In this document: positions 9,755-19,125 of the stretch, one piece after another
Numbering within the stretch: position 1 is the first letter of the stretch
How the letters are laid out: each line of letters opens with the position of its first letter
Virus record (IMG/VR): IMGVR_UViG_2894484731_000002
DNA: 64,000 bases
Reading direction: 5' to 3' (one strand)
DNA from: an uncultured virus (IMG/VR IMGVR_UViG_2894484731_000002)
Taxonomy: Duplodnaviria > Heunggongvirae > Uroviricota > Caudoviricetes
Position numbers and translations under genes: made by a program
Notes under the pieces: generated by a model
The model's input: only the letters and a program-made list of their open reading frames with translations
Databases searched by the model: none
Told to the model about the DNA's origin: nothing

Positions 9755-10514
9755 CAGGACCTCCACTTCTTGAGCTCCCGGCCGCACCCTGACAGCCCGA
9801 ACTGCAAGGTGCGGCCGGGAACCAATCGGGCGTGCGCCGGCCGGCCGGGGCTGCTACTCCTGCGCGGGCGGGACCTCGCCCGCCCGGAGTCACCCTCCGT
9901 CTTCTGACGCGGGCCGGTGCTGGCCGGGTCCGCGGTGATGCGGCCCGTTGCACGCCACCCGGCGATGACCTCCTGCGCGGTGCCTGGCCCTGCCGGGTCA
10001 CCCAGCGCCTCGACCAGCTCGCGGGCGAAGCCCTCACCTCGTCGTTGATGAGGTGACGCACCCACGGGGACACCACCGGCACGGCCGCCACCAACGGCCC
10101 GCCGTCGGGGTCATGCCGGGCCAGGGCTTGCAGCAGTTGGGCGGCCACGTCCAGCGCCTCCGCCCGGTCCAGCTCCGGGGAGGTGGCCCTCACCACGTCG
10201 ACGCGCCGCTGCCCGGCCTGGTCACGGTCGGGTAAGTCGTACGGCACGCCCAGCAGGTCGAGCATCCGCTGAAACAGCCCCGCCTCCAGTAGGTAGGCGG
10301 GAACCTGCGTCCAGTGGGGCGCCCGGCCGAGGGCCCGGGTCAGGCGGGCGATCCGCGCGGCGATGGCGTCGCAGCGGGGCGACCAGTGGCCGTCGGCGCG
10401 CAACGCCAGGTCCAGGTCTTCCCACAGGCGGGCCTGCTCGTCCAAGGCCGCCGCCTCCACGTCAAGGTCGCCGGCCTGGTCAACGGCAGGGGGGATCCGG
10501 TCGCGGTAGTCCAC
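9744..10514 (-). CDS. hypothetical protein
   Basis: Probable GTG start (VDYRDRIP); C-terminus is low-complexity and uncertain. Confidence 0.45.
   Translation of the reverse strand: MDYRDRIPPAVDQAGDLDVEAAALDEQARLWEDLDLALRADGHWSPRCDAIAARIARLTRALGRAPHWTQVPAYLLEAGLFQRMLDLLGVPYDLPDRDQAGQRRVDVVRATSPELDRAEALDVAAQLLQALARHDPDGGPLVAAVPVVSPWVRHLINDEVRASPASWSRRWVTRQGQAPRRRSSPGGVQRAASPRTRPAPARVRRRRVTPGGRGPARAGVAAPAGRRTPDWFPAAPCSSGCQGAAGSSRSGGPATP
9850..9891 (+). repeat. left arm of long inverted repeat (pairs with 10588-10630)
   Basis: GCTGCTACTCCTGCGCGGGCGGGACCTCG (29 bp) is the exact reverse complement of 10602-10630; the match continues with mismatches. Confidence 0.85.
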
Positions 10515-10587
10515 GGCCGCCAGCGTACGGGGGCGGCCCAGGCGGTACCGGGCTGTTCCGGTAGTCCGGCGCCAGCCGACAAACGGC

Positions 10588-10630
10588 GACTTCGGGCGGG
10601 TCGAGGTCCCGCCCGCGCAGGAGTAGCAGC
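10588..10630 (-). repeat. right arm of long inverted repeat (pairs with 9850-9891)
   Basis: Reverse complement reads GCTGCTACTCCTGCGCGGGCGGGACCTCGACCCGCCCGAAGTC. Confidence 0.85.
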
Positions 10631-10761
10631 GCCGCCGCCGGCACATACCCCATCCCCATCTGCTCACACGAGCGCCGCGTGACCGGCCAGGTGTGAACGG
10701 TCATAAGCCTCAACCATCTCGTGGGCGAACGCCGCACGTCGTCGTCGGTGAGGCGACGCAC

Positions 10762-10986
10762 TCACCTCGGGCACAGCCGCCACCAGCACCCGACGTCGGG
10801 GTCGTGCTGGGCCAAGGGCGTGCAACTGGCGGGCGGCCACGTCCAGTGCATCCGCCCCCCTTTGGGTGAACGCCGCGAAGAGTACAACGCGGTGTCGGCG
10901 CGGCGCTGCCGCACCCCGTAGCAGGTGGGTGGTTCATACGGCACGGCCAGCAGGTCGAGTGCACCTTTATCGATGTTACAGCCCAC
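10762..10986 (-). CDS. hypothetical protein
   Basis: 74-aa ORF; start uncertain. Confidence 0.35.
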   Translation of the reverse strand: MGCNIDKGALDLLAVPYEPPTCYGVRQRRADTALYSSRRSPKGGRMHWTWPPASCTPLAQHDPDVGCWWRLCPR

Positions 10987-11147
10987 CCGAAAAATTGTGA
11001 TGTCGAATTACCAGATGAACTTGAGGTTCCAAGATCCCTGCTGACCTTTCAATATCACTCTTTGCGCGTGACGGCTCACTCATTTGGTCTTGTCAGGCAT
11101 GTGTTGGCGATTGATGATCACAGTCGTAGATCCACTCGAAAAAGTGC

Positions 11148-11645
11148 ATGAGTGTGGGCAGGAAAGGGAGCAGTAAATTGTCACGGACTACTAGGCGTAC
11201 AGTGATCGCCCTCGCCACAGCAGTCACGTCTGCGGTACTAGCGGTCGGCGCTTACACGATACCCGCCTTCGCCGCAACATCTTACCTCTTCCATAATTCC
11301 CAAACGAATGCGTGTCTGGACAGTAACAGCAACAGCGCTTACACAAATCCCTGTAACCCGAACAACAACTTCCAGCGGTACTATTACGCGACCGGCAATT
11401 ACGGCTATCTTATCCGGAGTGTGGCTACAAATTATTGCATTGACAGCAACGGCAGCGGAAACGCTTATACGAATCCATGTAGCGCCGGAAACGCCTACCA
11501 GAACTGGCAACGAGTCAACTGGTCAGGCTCTACCTTCGAACTGCAGGACATCGCGACAGGAAGATGCCTGGAGACGGACGGGACTGGCGCAGTTTTCACT
11601 AATAGCTGCAATGTCGGAAACAACGCGCAACGCTGGTGGAATTAG
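11148..11645 (+). CDS. secreted ricin-B/actinohivin-like beta-trefoil lectin 1
   Basis: Signal peptide ending AFA; three CLD-S-N...YTNPC...Q-x-W subrepeats; alternative TTG start at 11178. Confidence 0.88.
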   Translation: MSVGRKGSSKLSRTTRRTVIALATAVTSAVLAVGAYTIPAFAATSYLFHNSQTNACLDSNSNSAYTNPCNPNNNFQRYYYATGNYGYLIRSVATNYCIDSNGSGNAYTNPCSAGNAYQNWQRVNWSGSTFELQDIATGRCLETDGTGAVFTNSCNVGNNAQRWWN

Positions 11646-12007
11646 CTACAGGGCACATCAGCAGCGTAGGGCGACAGGCCGCTCGGGTGAACTTGCCCCC
11701 TAGTGGGTGCGGGTCGGGCCAACAGAGGGCGATGTCATGAGCCTGCTGACAGTTGTCGGTCGGCTTCGCCGCCGGGACAGGTGTCGCCCAGCAACTGCAG
11801 CAGTGTCACCGTTGGAAGCCTGCGATTGTAGGCGCATGGTCAATGCCCCGCGTTGAGCAGCCTGTCACCGTGATGGATAGGCGATCTACTGTAGCGAACT
11901 GCGATGACATCTGCCGAAACTCCTTCTTGAATCTCCTTGTATGGAGTTCCACGATCTCAAGGAACCATCATATAAAGGCGACTTACCAAACCCAAAGGAG
12001 AAAACTG

Positions 12008-12496
12008 TTGCTTCAGGTACAAGGTGCGAAACAGGCCAGGCGGGCTTCCGTCGCTTTCGCTGCAGCACTCACTGCTACAGCATTCGGGGTTACCGCTTAC
12101 CAAACACCCGCCTCTGCGGCACCGTTGCCACTACTCCGCAGTGTTCAAACAGGTGCATGTCTCGATAGCAATGCGAGCGGGAACGCCTACACGAATCCCT
12201 GCAGCAGTGGAAACAACTACCAGCGATGGAACTACTACTCCGGAAATTACGCCATTCTGTTCCAGAACTATGCCACGGGCAGGTGCCTCGATAGCAACCT
12301 GAGCGGAAGTGCCTACACAAACCCCTGTAGCGCCGGCAACGCCTACCAGAATTGGCAGATAGTCAATACCTCCGGCTCAAGCTTCGAGCTGCAGGACATT
12401 GCCACAGGAAAGTGTTTACAAACGGATGGGACCGGCGCAGTGTTCACTAGTAGCTGCAACGTCGGAAACAACGCTCAGCGATGGGTGTTTGCTTAG
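12008..12496 (+). CDS. secreted ricin-B/actinohivin-like lectin 2
   Basis: AAAGGAG SD plus TTG; signal peptide ending ASA; TGxCLDSN...YQRW repeats. Confidence 0.88.
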   Translation: MLQVQGAKQARRASVAFAAALTATAFGVTAYQTPASAAPLPLLRSVQTGACLDSNASGNAYTNPCSSGNNYQRWNYYSGNYAILFQNYATGRCLDSNLSGSAYTNPCSAGNAYQNWQIVNTSGSSFELQDIATGKCLQTDGTGAVFTSSCNVGNNAQRWVFA

Positions 12497-12573
12497 CTAG
12501 CCGTTTGTCCAGCACCGCGCTAGGCACGCACACCCCTGTCAGCTATTTGCCGGCACACGAGAAGGGAATTTTT

Positions 12574-13038
12574 ATGCACACTTCGAGCAAAAAGCGAATC
12601 TTCAGGATGATCCCATTCGCTCTGCTGCTTCCCGCTGTCCTGGCCTTGTCGACCACACACGCTTCAGCCGCTACAAGCTACCTCCTCAGGAACAACGGGA
12701 GCGGGGATTGCCTGGACTCAAACGCAAGCGGTAACGCGTACCTGAACCCATGCGATAGTGGGAACAACTTCCAGCGCTGGGAGTTCGTCAACGCTAACTG
12801 GGGGGCTCTCCTCAAGGATGTAGCAACAGGCCGCTGCCTGGACAGCAACGCAAGCGGATCCGTATATACCAACCCCTGCAGTACCGGTAACGCTTATCAG
12901 AACTGGGTACAGCCCTCGGGGAATTATTACAAGAACGTGGCTACGGGTCTTTGTCTCAGAGTTGGCGGAAACTACCTCGATGAAGCCCGTACGCAGAGCT
13001 GCGGAACTAGCAGCTACTTTAGCTGGACGAGGCTCTGA
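12574..13038 (+). CDS. secreted ricin-B/actinohivin-like lectin 3
   Basis: GAAGGG SD plus ATG; signal peptide ending ASA; CLDSNASG...FQRW repeats. Confidence 0.88.
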   Translation: MHTSSKKRIFRMIPFALLLPAVLALSTTHASAATSYLLRNNGSGDCLDSNASGNAYLNPCDSGNNFQRWEFVNANWGALLKDVATGRCLDSNASGSVYTNPCSTGNAYQNWVQPSGNYYKNVATGLCLRVGGNYLDEARTQSCGTSSYFSWTRL

Positions 13039-13135
13039 TGTAGGCGGCGCAAACCGTCCGTAAACAGCCGAACGAGGCTTCCAGATTTGCGTGATGGCAC
13101 AACCTCTGCCATCATGGCTACACAAGAACGGAATC

Positions 13136-13170
13136 AAGAGACGCTCCAGTCGCAACTGGAGCGTCTCTTT
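13136..13170 (+). terminator. intrinsic terminator-like hairpin after the lectin cluster
   Basis: AAGAGACGCTCCAGT-CGCA-ACTGGAGCGTCTCTT perfect 15-bp stem followed by a T-rich tail. Confidence 0.7.
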
Positions 13171-13184
13171 CCTTATTGGATTGG

Positions 13185-14657
13185 ATGATGAAAGGCTACA
13201 CAATAAGCCGCCTCAAGCTGCAGGGAAAAATAGGTTCGCATCGCTGCACTGTTTTCGCTATGTCTACGGCAGCCGCCGTCATTTATTCGACTCTAGGTTT
13301 AGTGAAGTTCTTCACCTATCGCACGGGGATATACGACCTCGTTATTTTCGATCAGGCCATACGTGGCTACTCGCGATTCACCGTGCCCGGATCCTATGTG
13401 AAGGATCAATGGAACCAGCTTGGAGAGGCTGTTTCGATTCTCGGTGACCATTTCTCGCCGATTTTGGCAACGCTGGCTCCGCTCTATTGGATATACGACG
13501 GCCCGCAAACACTCATTGTCGCCCAGGCCGTATTATTTGCAGCAGCCGCGCCGTTCTTGTGGGTGTTTACGTATAGAAAATTTGGGCGTGGTTGTGCCTA
13601 TTTTGTCAGTATGGCATATTTGCTGTCTTGGCCGATAGCGGAAGCTGTGGCCTTTCATTTTCATGAGTATGCGTTTATGCCTGTACTCACGGCGGTACTG
13701 TTTGAGCGCATGCAAGCAGCCAAGCCCTGGCATGTGGTGGTCGTCACCTTGTTGATCCTTCTGGTCAAGGAGGATATCGGCTTCTTTGTCATGGGCTTAG
13801 GCTTGGCGCTTCTATGGAAGCGGGAGTGGCGATGGATGGGGGTATCTTTTATCGGTCTTGGGCCTGTGGCAGTTTGGGCTACAAGTCAAGTATTGATTCC
13901 GGCCTTCGGTGGCGCATCGGATCGATACTGGTACTACAGTGAACTTGGGGGTAGCCCCAAAGCGGCTGTGATTCACATGCTAACGGACCCAATGAATGCA
14001 CTCGAACTCCTTTTTACTCCTAGTGCCAAAGTGGCCACGTTAGTCCTGCTGCTAGCCCCGCTGCTTTTTTTGTCATTAGCGTCTCCGTACTTCTTTGCTC
14101 CGATGATGCTGCTGTTGGAGCGGATGTTAGCCAGTGACCAGCCAGGATGGTGGGATACTCACTATCATTATAATTCGGCGATAATTGTAGCTCTGCTGTG
14201 TGCTGCTGTTGATGGTGCGGAGAGGCTGATTCGATGCGCCTCGCAGCGCATGCCCCAATTAGGCGGAAAGCGGAGACTGGGCTTGATATGGGGTGCGGCT
14301 AGCTTTTCCTGCACACTGGCCTTTGTCCCTTTTTTTGCGCTGGGAAACTTGCTTAGCCCCAGCTGGTATCAGAAGACTGAGCGTGATCACGCGGCGGACG
14401 CAGCAATCGCACTAGTGCCGGATGGGATCCTTGTGGAAGCGGCCAACCAGCTGGGGCCAAATCTATCGTCCCGAACGAAGGTTGTAATATGGCGAGAGAT
14501 GCCGCGTAGGGCGCCTTGGGTAATTGCCGATATCCACTCGCCTCAGCCCATGTTTCCCTCCCTGAAAGAGCAGTGGGAGGACATTGAAAACTTGCAAAGG
14601 AATGGTTACCGCATACTCTTCTGGCGGGAAGGATACGTCGTTCTTCACCGCGACTGA
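13185..14657 (+). CDS. DUF2079-like multi-pass membrane protein (GT-C-like putative glycosyltransferase)
   Basis: YDLVIFDQA, LGDHFSPIL, FHFHE, LLVKED, HYHY motifs; many TM helices. Confidence 0.8.
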   Translation: MMKGYTISRLKLQGKIGSHRCTVFAMSTAAAVIYSTLGLVKFFTYRTGIYDLVIFDQAIRGYSRFTVPGSYVKDQWNQLGEAVSILGDHFSPILATLAPLYWIYDGPQTLIVAQAVLFAAAAPFLWVFTYRKFGRGCAYFVSMAYLLSWPIAEAVAFHFHEYAFMPVLTAVLFERMQAAKPWHVVVVTLLILLVKEDIGFFVMGLGLALLWKREWRWMGVSFIGLGPVAVWATSQVLIPAFGGASDRYWYYSELGGSPKAAVIHMLTDPMNALELLFTPSAKVATLVLLLAPLLFLSLASPYFFAPMMLLLERMLASDQPGWWDTHYHYNSAIIVALLCAAVDGAERLIRCASQRMPQLGGKRRLGLIWGAASFSCTLAFVPFFALGNLLSPSWYQKTERDHAADAAIALVPDGILVEAANQLGPNLSSRTKVVIWREMPRRAPWVIADIHSPQPMFPSLKEQWEDIENLQRNGYRILFWREGYVVLHRD

Positions 14658-14770
14658 GCGTTGGCTCAAAGGTAAGATGGTTGACCCGCCTGTACTGGCA
14701 GTGGGCGGCATAACCGTAGCTTACGTGGGGAATCGCTAGGCTGTGCGCGCAAGCATAGGCTGGCACGGGT

Positions 14771-17554
14771 TCAGCGACGGCGGTCGCCAATGTTGCGCCC
14801 GTACACCCCGGCGGCGCTGGGCCCCTGCGGGGTGGGGCGGTTCGGCAGCGGCGCGTGCACGATCGCCCCGCCGGTGATGTCGGGCAGCAGCCCGAACGCC
14901 AGATATACCGACGCGTCGATCCGGCCGGGGCTGTCCGGGTCGGTTGGCATCCACGTCGACCATTCAGCCTCCAGGTCGTGGAACGCGCCGGCGAGCCGCA
15001 CCCGGTCCAGCTTCATCTGCTGCGCGATCGGCTCGGCGCGCAGGAGTTTGCCCTGGCGGGCGCGCAGCGCCTGCACCATCGGCGGCAGCTCCCGCGCGGG
15101 GATGCGGCCTTCCCGCTGCAGCGCGTCCCACGACGTGGCGATCGCCAGCTCGCACATGTCGCCGCCGTAGTTGTTCTCCACGAAGATCACCGACGCACCG
15201 GTTTCGTGCACGAGCAGGCACGCCTCCATGGACCACTCCGTGGACGACATGACGCCGGACCGGTCGTGGGTGATCCACACCCGCTGGTCGTCGCCCAAGA
15301 ACCCGCCGATCACACCGGCGGTGTCGCGGCCGCCGCCGGACGGGTCGACGGCGACGGCCACCCGCTGCGGCTGCACCCCCGCCGGGTTGGCGCGGATGGT
15401 GCGCAGCAGCTCGGCCGACACCAGCGCCCCCTCCACCGGCTTGGGGTCGCCCTGCCCGAGCGCGTGCCAGTCCCGCACGATCGACGTGCGTTTCATGTCC
15501 GACCACCAGGCCAGCAGCGCAGCCCGGTCACGGGTGCGGATCTTCGGGTGGGGCAGCGGCTCCCCGGGGGCGCGGCCCAGGGGGTCGGGCCCGAACTTGG
15601 GGTCGGCGATGGCGGGCAGGTGCAGGACCTTCCACCGGCCGCCTTCATCCAGGCGGCCCTCCTCGGCCAGGCGGCGGCCCGCCAGGTCGTCGCAGTTGTG
15701 CACCAGCACGCCGCCCGCCACGAAATCCCCGGTCGGCGTCTGCAGGTCGTACACCGGCCCCTCGTAGTGCGTGGCCTCGATCGACTTGACCCGCACCCAC
15801 AGACCGCTGTCGTCGGCGCGGATGTGTCGGTTGCCGCCGCCGGGGTGGTAGCGCAGCTCGTGCGGCGCGCCGCCACCCGACCGCATGATCGACGCGGCGA
15901 TGCCGTGCTGGGCCAGCAGCGTCTGCATGTCCCGCAGTAGTCGGAAGCTCGACGACGTGACCCGCTTCCACCCATCCCGGTTCCCGGAGGAGCGGTACTC
16001 GCAGCCGTCGCCCAAGGTCCAGCCGTCGATCAGGGCCAGGGCGTGCTCTCGTGGCAGCCGATGCGCCCAGTCGGGCAGCTGCTTTTTCGTCGCACCGAGG
16101 CCGAACTGCTTAAGCAGGTTGGCGAGCTGGGCGCTGGACACCGTGACGACGGCCGTGCGCTGGGAAGCGTTGGCCCAAGGGGACTGTTCGGGGTCCCCGC
16201 GTAGGTTCACCGCCGCGCGCAGCCCGTGGCGGCCCAGCACCTCCCGCACGTGCGCGGCGTGCGTGTCGCGCTCGTGCTCCCCGAACGACCAGCGGCAGAC
16301 ATTCAGCCGGTCCTTGTCTCTGCCGTACGTCAGGGTGCCCTCGGCGACCCAGTAGCCGACGACCCTCCAAAACTCGGGGTCGTGCACGCAGGCCAGGTCG
16401 ATCACGTTGCCCGCCGGGCGAGTGACGCCCAGCACCCGCGCCCACTCGTACGCGGCGGACCGGGTCTTGCTGCCGTACCGCTCGGCGATCTGCTGGTAGG
16501 TCATCCCGGCGGCTAGGTGGACCTCCATTTCCTCGCGGGTCAGCGGCGCGTTGCGGACGCGGGTCGACCTCGCAGGGTCCCGCCGAGGCGCGGGCGGCGA
16601 TGGCAGCAGGGCCGCCAGTTCCTCCGCCGTCATCTCCGGCCGCCTGCGGGCGGGCAGCAGCAGCCAGTCGAGCCGCTGCACCTGCCGGGCCTCGCGCCAC
16701 CCGTGCTCGGTCCACACACGGTGCTCGGGCGTGACCTGCAGCGTCTCCGGCGAGCCGTAGAACGCCAGGGTCAGCGTCTCGCCGTTGTGCAGCCGCGCCG
16801 CGGTGGCGACGACGGGTTGGTATCCGTCGCTTGTCAGGACCAGCTCACCGGGCTGGATGTCGCTGACCGGCTTGTCTCCCAGCACTGTACTCACACGTTG
16901 ATTCTCTACCAGGCAGTGCCATCGCGTCAGGATAATGACGACGGCGTTGCGGTCAGGCTGGAGCCGTTTCAACGCGGTCGAGGAGTACCAGTCGTGGACC
17001 CGCTGCCGGGACCGGACCGACTCCGCGTCCTTCCGGTCCTTGTGCGGGTCATCAATGACCAGAAAGTTGACAGAGAATCCTGTTAGTCCGCTTCCCACCG
17101 AAACGGACCGGACGCCGCCGCCGGTCCGCAGGTTGTAGTCGTGCGACGCGCCCGAGCCGGGCCGCAGCACCAGCCCGAACTCCTCCCCGTACTCCTCGAT
17201 GTACGCCTTGACCGCCTTGCCTCGGCGCAGCGCCAGGTCATCGCTGTAGGAGGTGATTGCGACGTTGTCCCGGGCGTGGAGGCACAGCCACCAGTACGGC
17301 CCCCACTCCGCGACAGAGGTACTTTTCCCGACCTGCGGCGGAGTGATCACAAGGAGCCGGTCGTACTCCCCGGCCTCCAGCCCCGCCATCGCGTCGCCAA
17401 TGACCCGCAGGTGCGGCCGCATGTGCCACGTCGGGTCCAGGGCCCGCGCCAGCGTCACCGGGTCCCGCAGGATGTCCTTACGCAGGGCCTCCTGGGCGGC
17501 GAGCAGTTCCGCCAGGGCGGCCTCGTCGTCCAGGTGGTCCAGCCCGCCGGTCAA
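14771..17554 (-). CDS. phage terminase large subunit containing an intein
   Basis: Walker A PPQVGKST, GSGLTG, Walker B LVIDDP, TRWH..DDL coupling motif, nuclease AVDPS...D and SPGRIDA motifs. Confidence 0.92.
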   Translation of the reverse strand: MTGGLDHLDDEAALAELLAAQEALRKDILRDPVTLARALDPTWHMRPHLRVIGDAMAGLEAGEYDRLLVITPPQVGKSTSVAEWGPYWWLCLHARDNVAITSYSDDLALRRGKAVKAYIEEYGEEFGLVLRPGSGASHDYNLRTGGGVRSVSVGSGLTGFSVNFLVIDDPHKDRKDAESVRSRQRVHDWYSSTALKRLQPDRNAVVIILTRWHCLVENQRVSTVLGDKPVSDIQPGELVLTSDGYQPVVATAARLHNGETLTLAFYGSPETLQVTPEHRVWTEHGWREARQVQRLDWLLLPARRRPEMTAEELAALLPSPPAPRRDPARSTRVRNAPLTREEMEVHLAAGMTYQQIAERYGSKTRSAAYEWARVLGVTRPAGNVIDLACVHDPEFWRVVGYWVAEGTLTYGRDKDRLNVCRWSFGEHERDTHAAHVREVLGRHGLRAAVNLRGDPEQSPWANASQRTAVVTVSSAQLANLLKQFGLGATKKQLPDWAHRLPREHALALIDGWTLGDGCEYRSSGNRDGWKRVTSSSFRLLRDMQTLLAQHGIAASIMRSGGGAPHELRYHPGGGNRHIRADDSGLWVRVKSIEATHYEGPVYDLQTPTGDFVAGGVLVHNCDDLAGRRLAEEGRLDEGGRWKVLHLPAIADPKFGPDPLGRAPGEPLPHPKIRTRDRAALLAWWSDMKRTSIVRDWHALGQGDPKPVEGALVSAELLRTIRANPAGVQPQRVAVAVDPSGGGRDTAGVIGGFLGDDQRVWITHDRSGVMSSTEWSMEACLLVHETGASVIFVENNYGGDMCELAIATSWDALQREGRIPARELPPMVQALRARQGKLLRAEPIAQQMKLDRVRLAGAFHDLEAEWSTWMPTDPDSPGRIDASVYLAFGLLPDITGGAIVHAPLPNRPTPQGPSAAGVYGRNIGDRRR
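15695..16915 (-). mobile_element. intein (407 aa) with LAGLIDADG homing endonuclease and an HTH-like insert
   Basis: Starts CLVENQRV; block B VTPEHRVW; LAGLIDADG-like VVGYWVAEG and LIDGWTLGDG; ends VYDL...VLVHN with +1 Cys; exteins rejoin as TRWH|CDDLAGR. Confidence 0.93.
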
Positions 17555-17555
17555 C

Positions 17556-18131
17556 CTACTCGCCGTCGTCGTCTTCGTCGCCGGCTGCGCGGGCGCGGCG
17601 GGCGACGTCCTGGGCGAGTTCGGCCAGGTGGGTGCGCCGCTGCTCCGGCGGCAGCTCCCGGAAGCGGGTGAGTGCCACCTGCAGGCGGCCGCCGTCCTCG
17701 GTGACCTCCACCTTCGACGTGGTCCCGGCGTGCAGGTCGGTCATGGCGTCGCGTTCGACCCGCACGCCCAGCTCCCACAGGCGGACCAGTTCGGCGACGG
17801 TCAGCTTGGCCGGGTCGAGCTCCAGCAGCCGTTGGGCGGCCTTGGACTGGGCGAGCTGCGCGGTGCGGATCTGCCGCTCGGCTGCTTTGCGGCGGGCTTT
17901 GGCTTGTTCCAGCAGCCACTGCTCTTCAAGGTGCCGGTCGTAGGCGGCGACCCGCTCCGGCCACTTGTGGGTCGAGCCCCAGCGGGCGATCAGCGTTGCA
18001 CTCTTGCCCAACTGGCGCGCAACGTCGCGGTAGGACCTCTCGGTCGCTGGCATGTCCCGGTATGCGGCGAACGCCTCGAACGCGGGGGCGGATTCGTCGT
18101 TGCGCCGCTCCCACGGCTTAGGGCTGTCCAT
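17556..18131 (-). CDS. terminase small subunit-like protein
   Basis: PWERR.DES..AFEAF..YRDM...RS...VARQLGKS..LIARW...W.ER..AYD N-terminal HTH; directly upstream of TerL. Confidence 0.75.
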   Translation of the reverse strand: MDSPKPWERRNDESAPAFEAFAAYRDMPATERSYRDVARQLGKSATLIARWGSTHKWPERVAAYDRHLEEQWLLEQAKARRKAAERQIRTAQLAQSKAAQRLLELDPAKLTVAELVRLWELGVRVERDAMTDLHAGTTSKVEVTEDGGRLQVALTRFRELPPEQRRTHLAELAQDVARRARAAGDEDDDGE

Positions 18132-19125
18132 CGGCGGGCTCGCTCGGGTCGTCGTCGTCGGGCAGGGTGATGTGGTGTGCGTCGGCGTACGCGGCGAACA
18201 CCTCCTCGACCAGCCTGTGGCGGGTGCTCTTGGTGACCGTGTTGCGGGCCAGGGCCTCGTCCACCACCGTCTGGATGACCGCCGCGGTGCGGGGCGGGAC
18301 CAGGGCGGTGCCCAGCAGCTCGGCCAGCGGGGTGTGGGCGTGCGGGTCCAGCTCGTCGGGGTCGGCGCCGTCCAGGCCGAGGGCTTGGGCGGTGGTGGTG
18401 ATGATGCGGGACACCACGGTTGACAGGGCGCGGGCGTCGTACTCGCGGCCGATGCGGCGGGTGAGGGCCTGCCACTGCTCGTACAGGGACCGGTCGACCA
18501 GGTACAGGTGGTCGCGGTCCAGGTCGACCTGCTCGGTGATCTGCTTGACCGCTGTTTCGAACTGGTCGGCCTGGTGCGGCAGGAACGTGATCAGCACGGT
18601 GCGGTAGGCCAGGTCGAGGTCCAGGTTCGGCAGGCTCACCCTCGGCGGAATGATCTCGATGTCGGGTGGGGTGACGAACGCCTCCAGCCGGGCGTCCACG
18701 TCGCTGATCTGCGCGTAGATCCGGGCGACGATCTGCTCCTCCGACTGGCCGTGGATCGCGTTGTGGGCCAGTTGCTTGGCCTTGACCTGGTCGGCGGTCA
18801 GGCCGGTGATGTCGACGATGGTCCACACGTAGGCGACGCCGGCCGCGCGGGACGCCCTCACGCGGTGGTGCCCGCTGATGATCTCCAACCGGTCGTTGAC
18901 CATCCCGCACAGGGGCAGGGATTCCAGGCGGCCGTCCCGGCCGATGGTGGCCGACAGCCGCTCGAACATGGCCGGGGGCATGGCCTGGGCGTTGAGTTCC
19001 TGCTCGTGCAGGTCGTCGACGTGGACGCGCCACAGCTCCAGGCCCTGCCCGAGGTCGAGCACCCGCTCCGGTGGGCGCCGCTCCTCCGCCTCGTCGGCGG
19101 CAGTCTTGCTCTTCGTGGTGGGCAT
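18118..19125 (-). CDS. ParB/Srx-like N-terminal domain protein
   Basis: ELNAQAM...LESLPL...EIISGHHRVRA...QLAHNAIHG; TGATG overlap with the upstream gene. Confidence 0.8.
   Translation of the reverse strand: MPTTKSKTAADEAEERRPPERVLDLGQGLELWRVHVDDLHEQELNAQAMPPAMFERLSATIGRDGRLESLPLCGMVNDRLEIISGHHRVRASRAAGVAYVWTIVDITGLTADQVKAKQLAHNAIHGQSEEQIVARIYAQISDVDARLEAFVTPPDIEIIPPRVSLPNLDLDLAYRTVLITFLPHQADQFETAVKQITEQVDLDRDHLYLVDRSLYEQWQALTRRIGREYDARALSTVVSRIITTTAQALGLDGADPDELDPHAHTPLAELLGTALVPPRTAAVIQTVVDEALARNTVTKSTRHRLVEEVFAAYADAHHITLPDDDDPSEPADGQP

Larger units (their letters stand above)
10980..14760. other. low-GC cargo island (lectins plus membrane protein), opposite strand to the backbone
   Basis: Visibly AT-richer sequence with many A/T-ending codons; four plus-strand genes. 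Confidence 0.8.
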
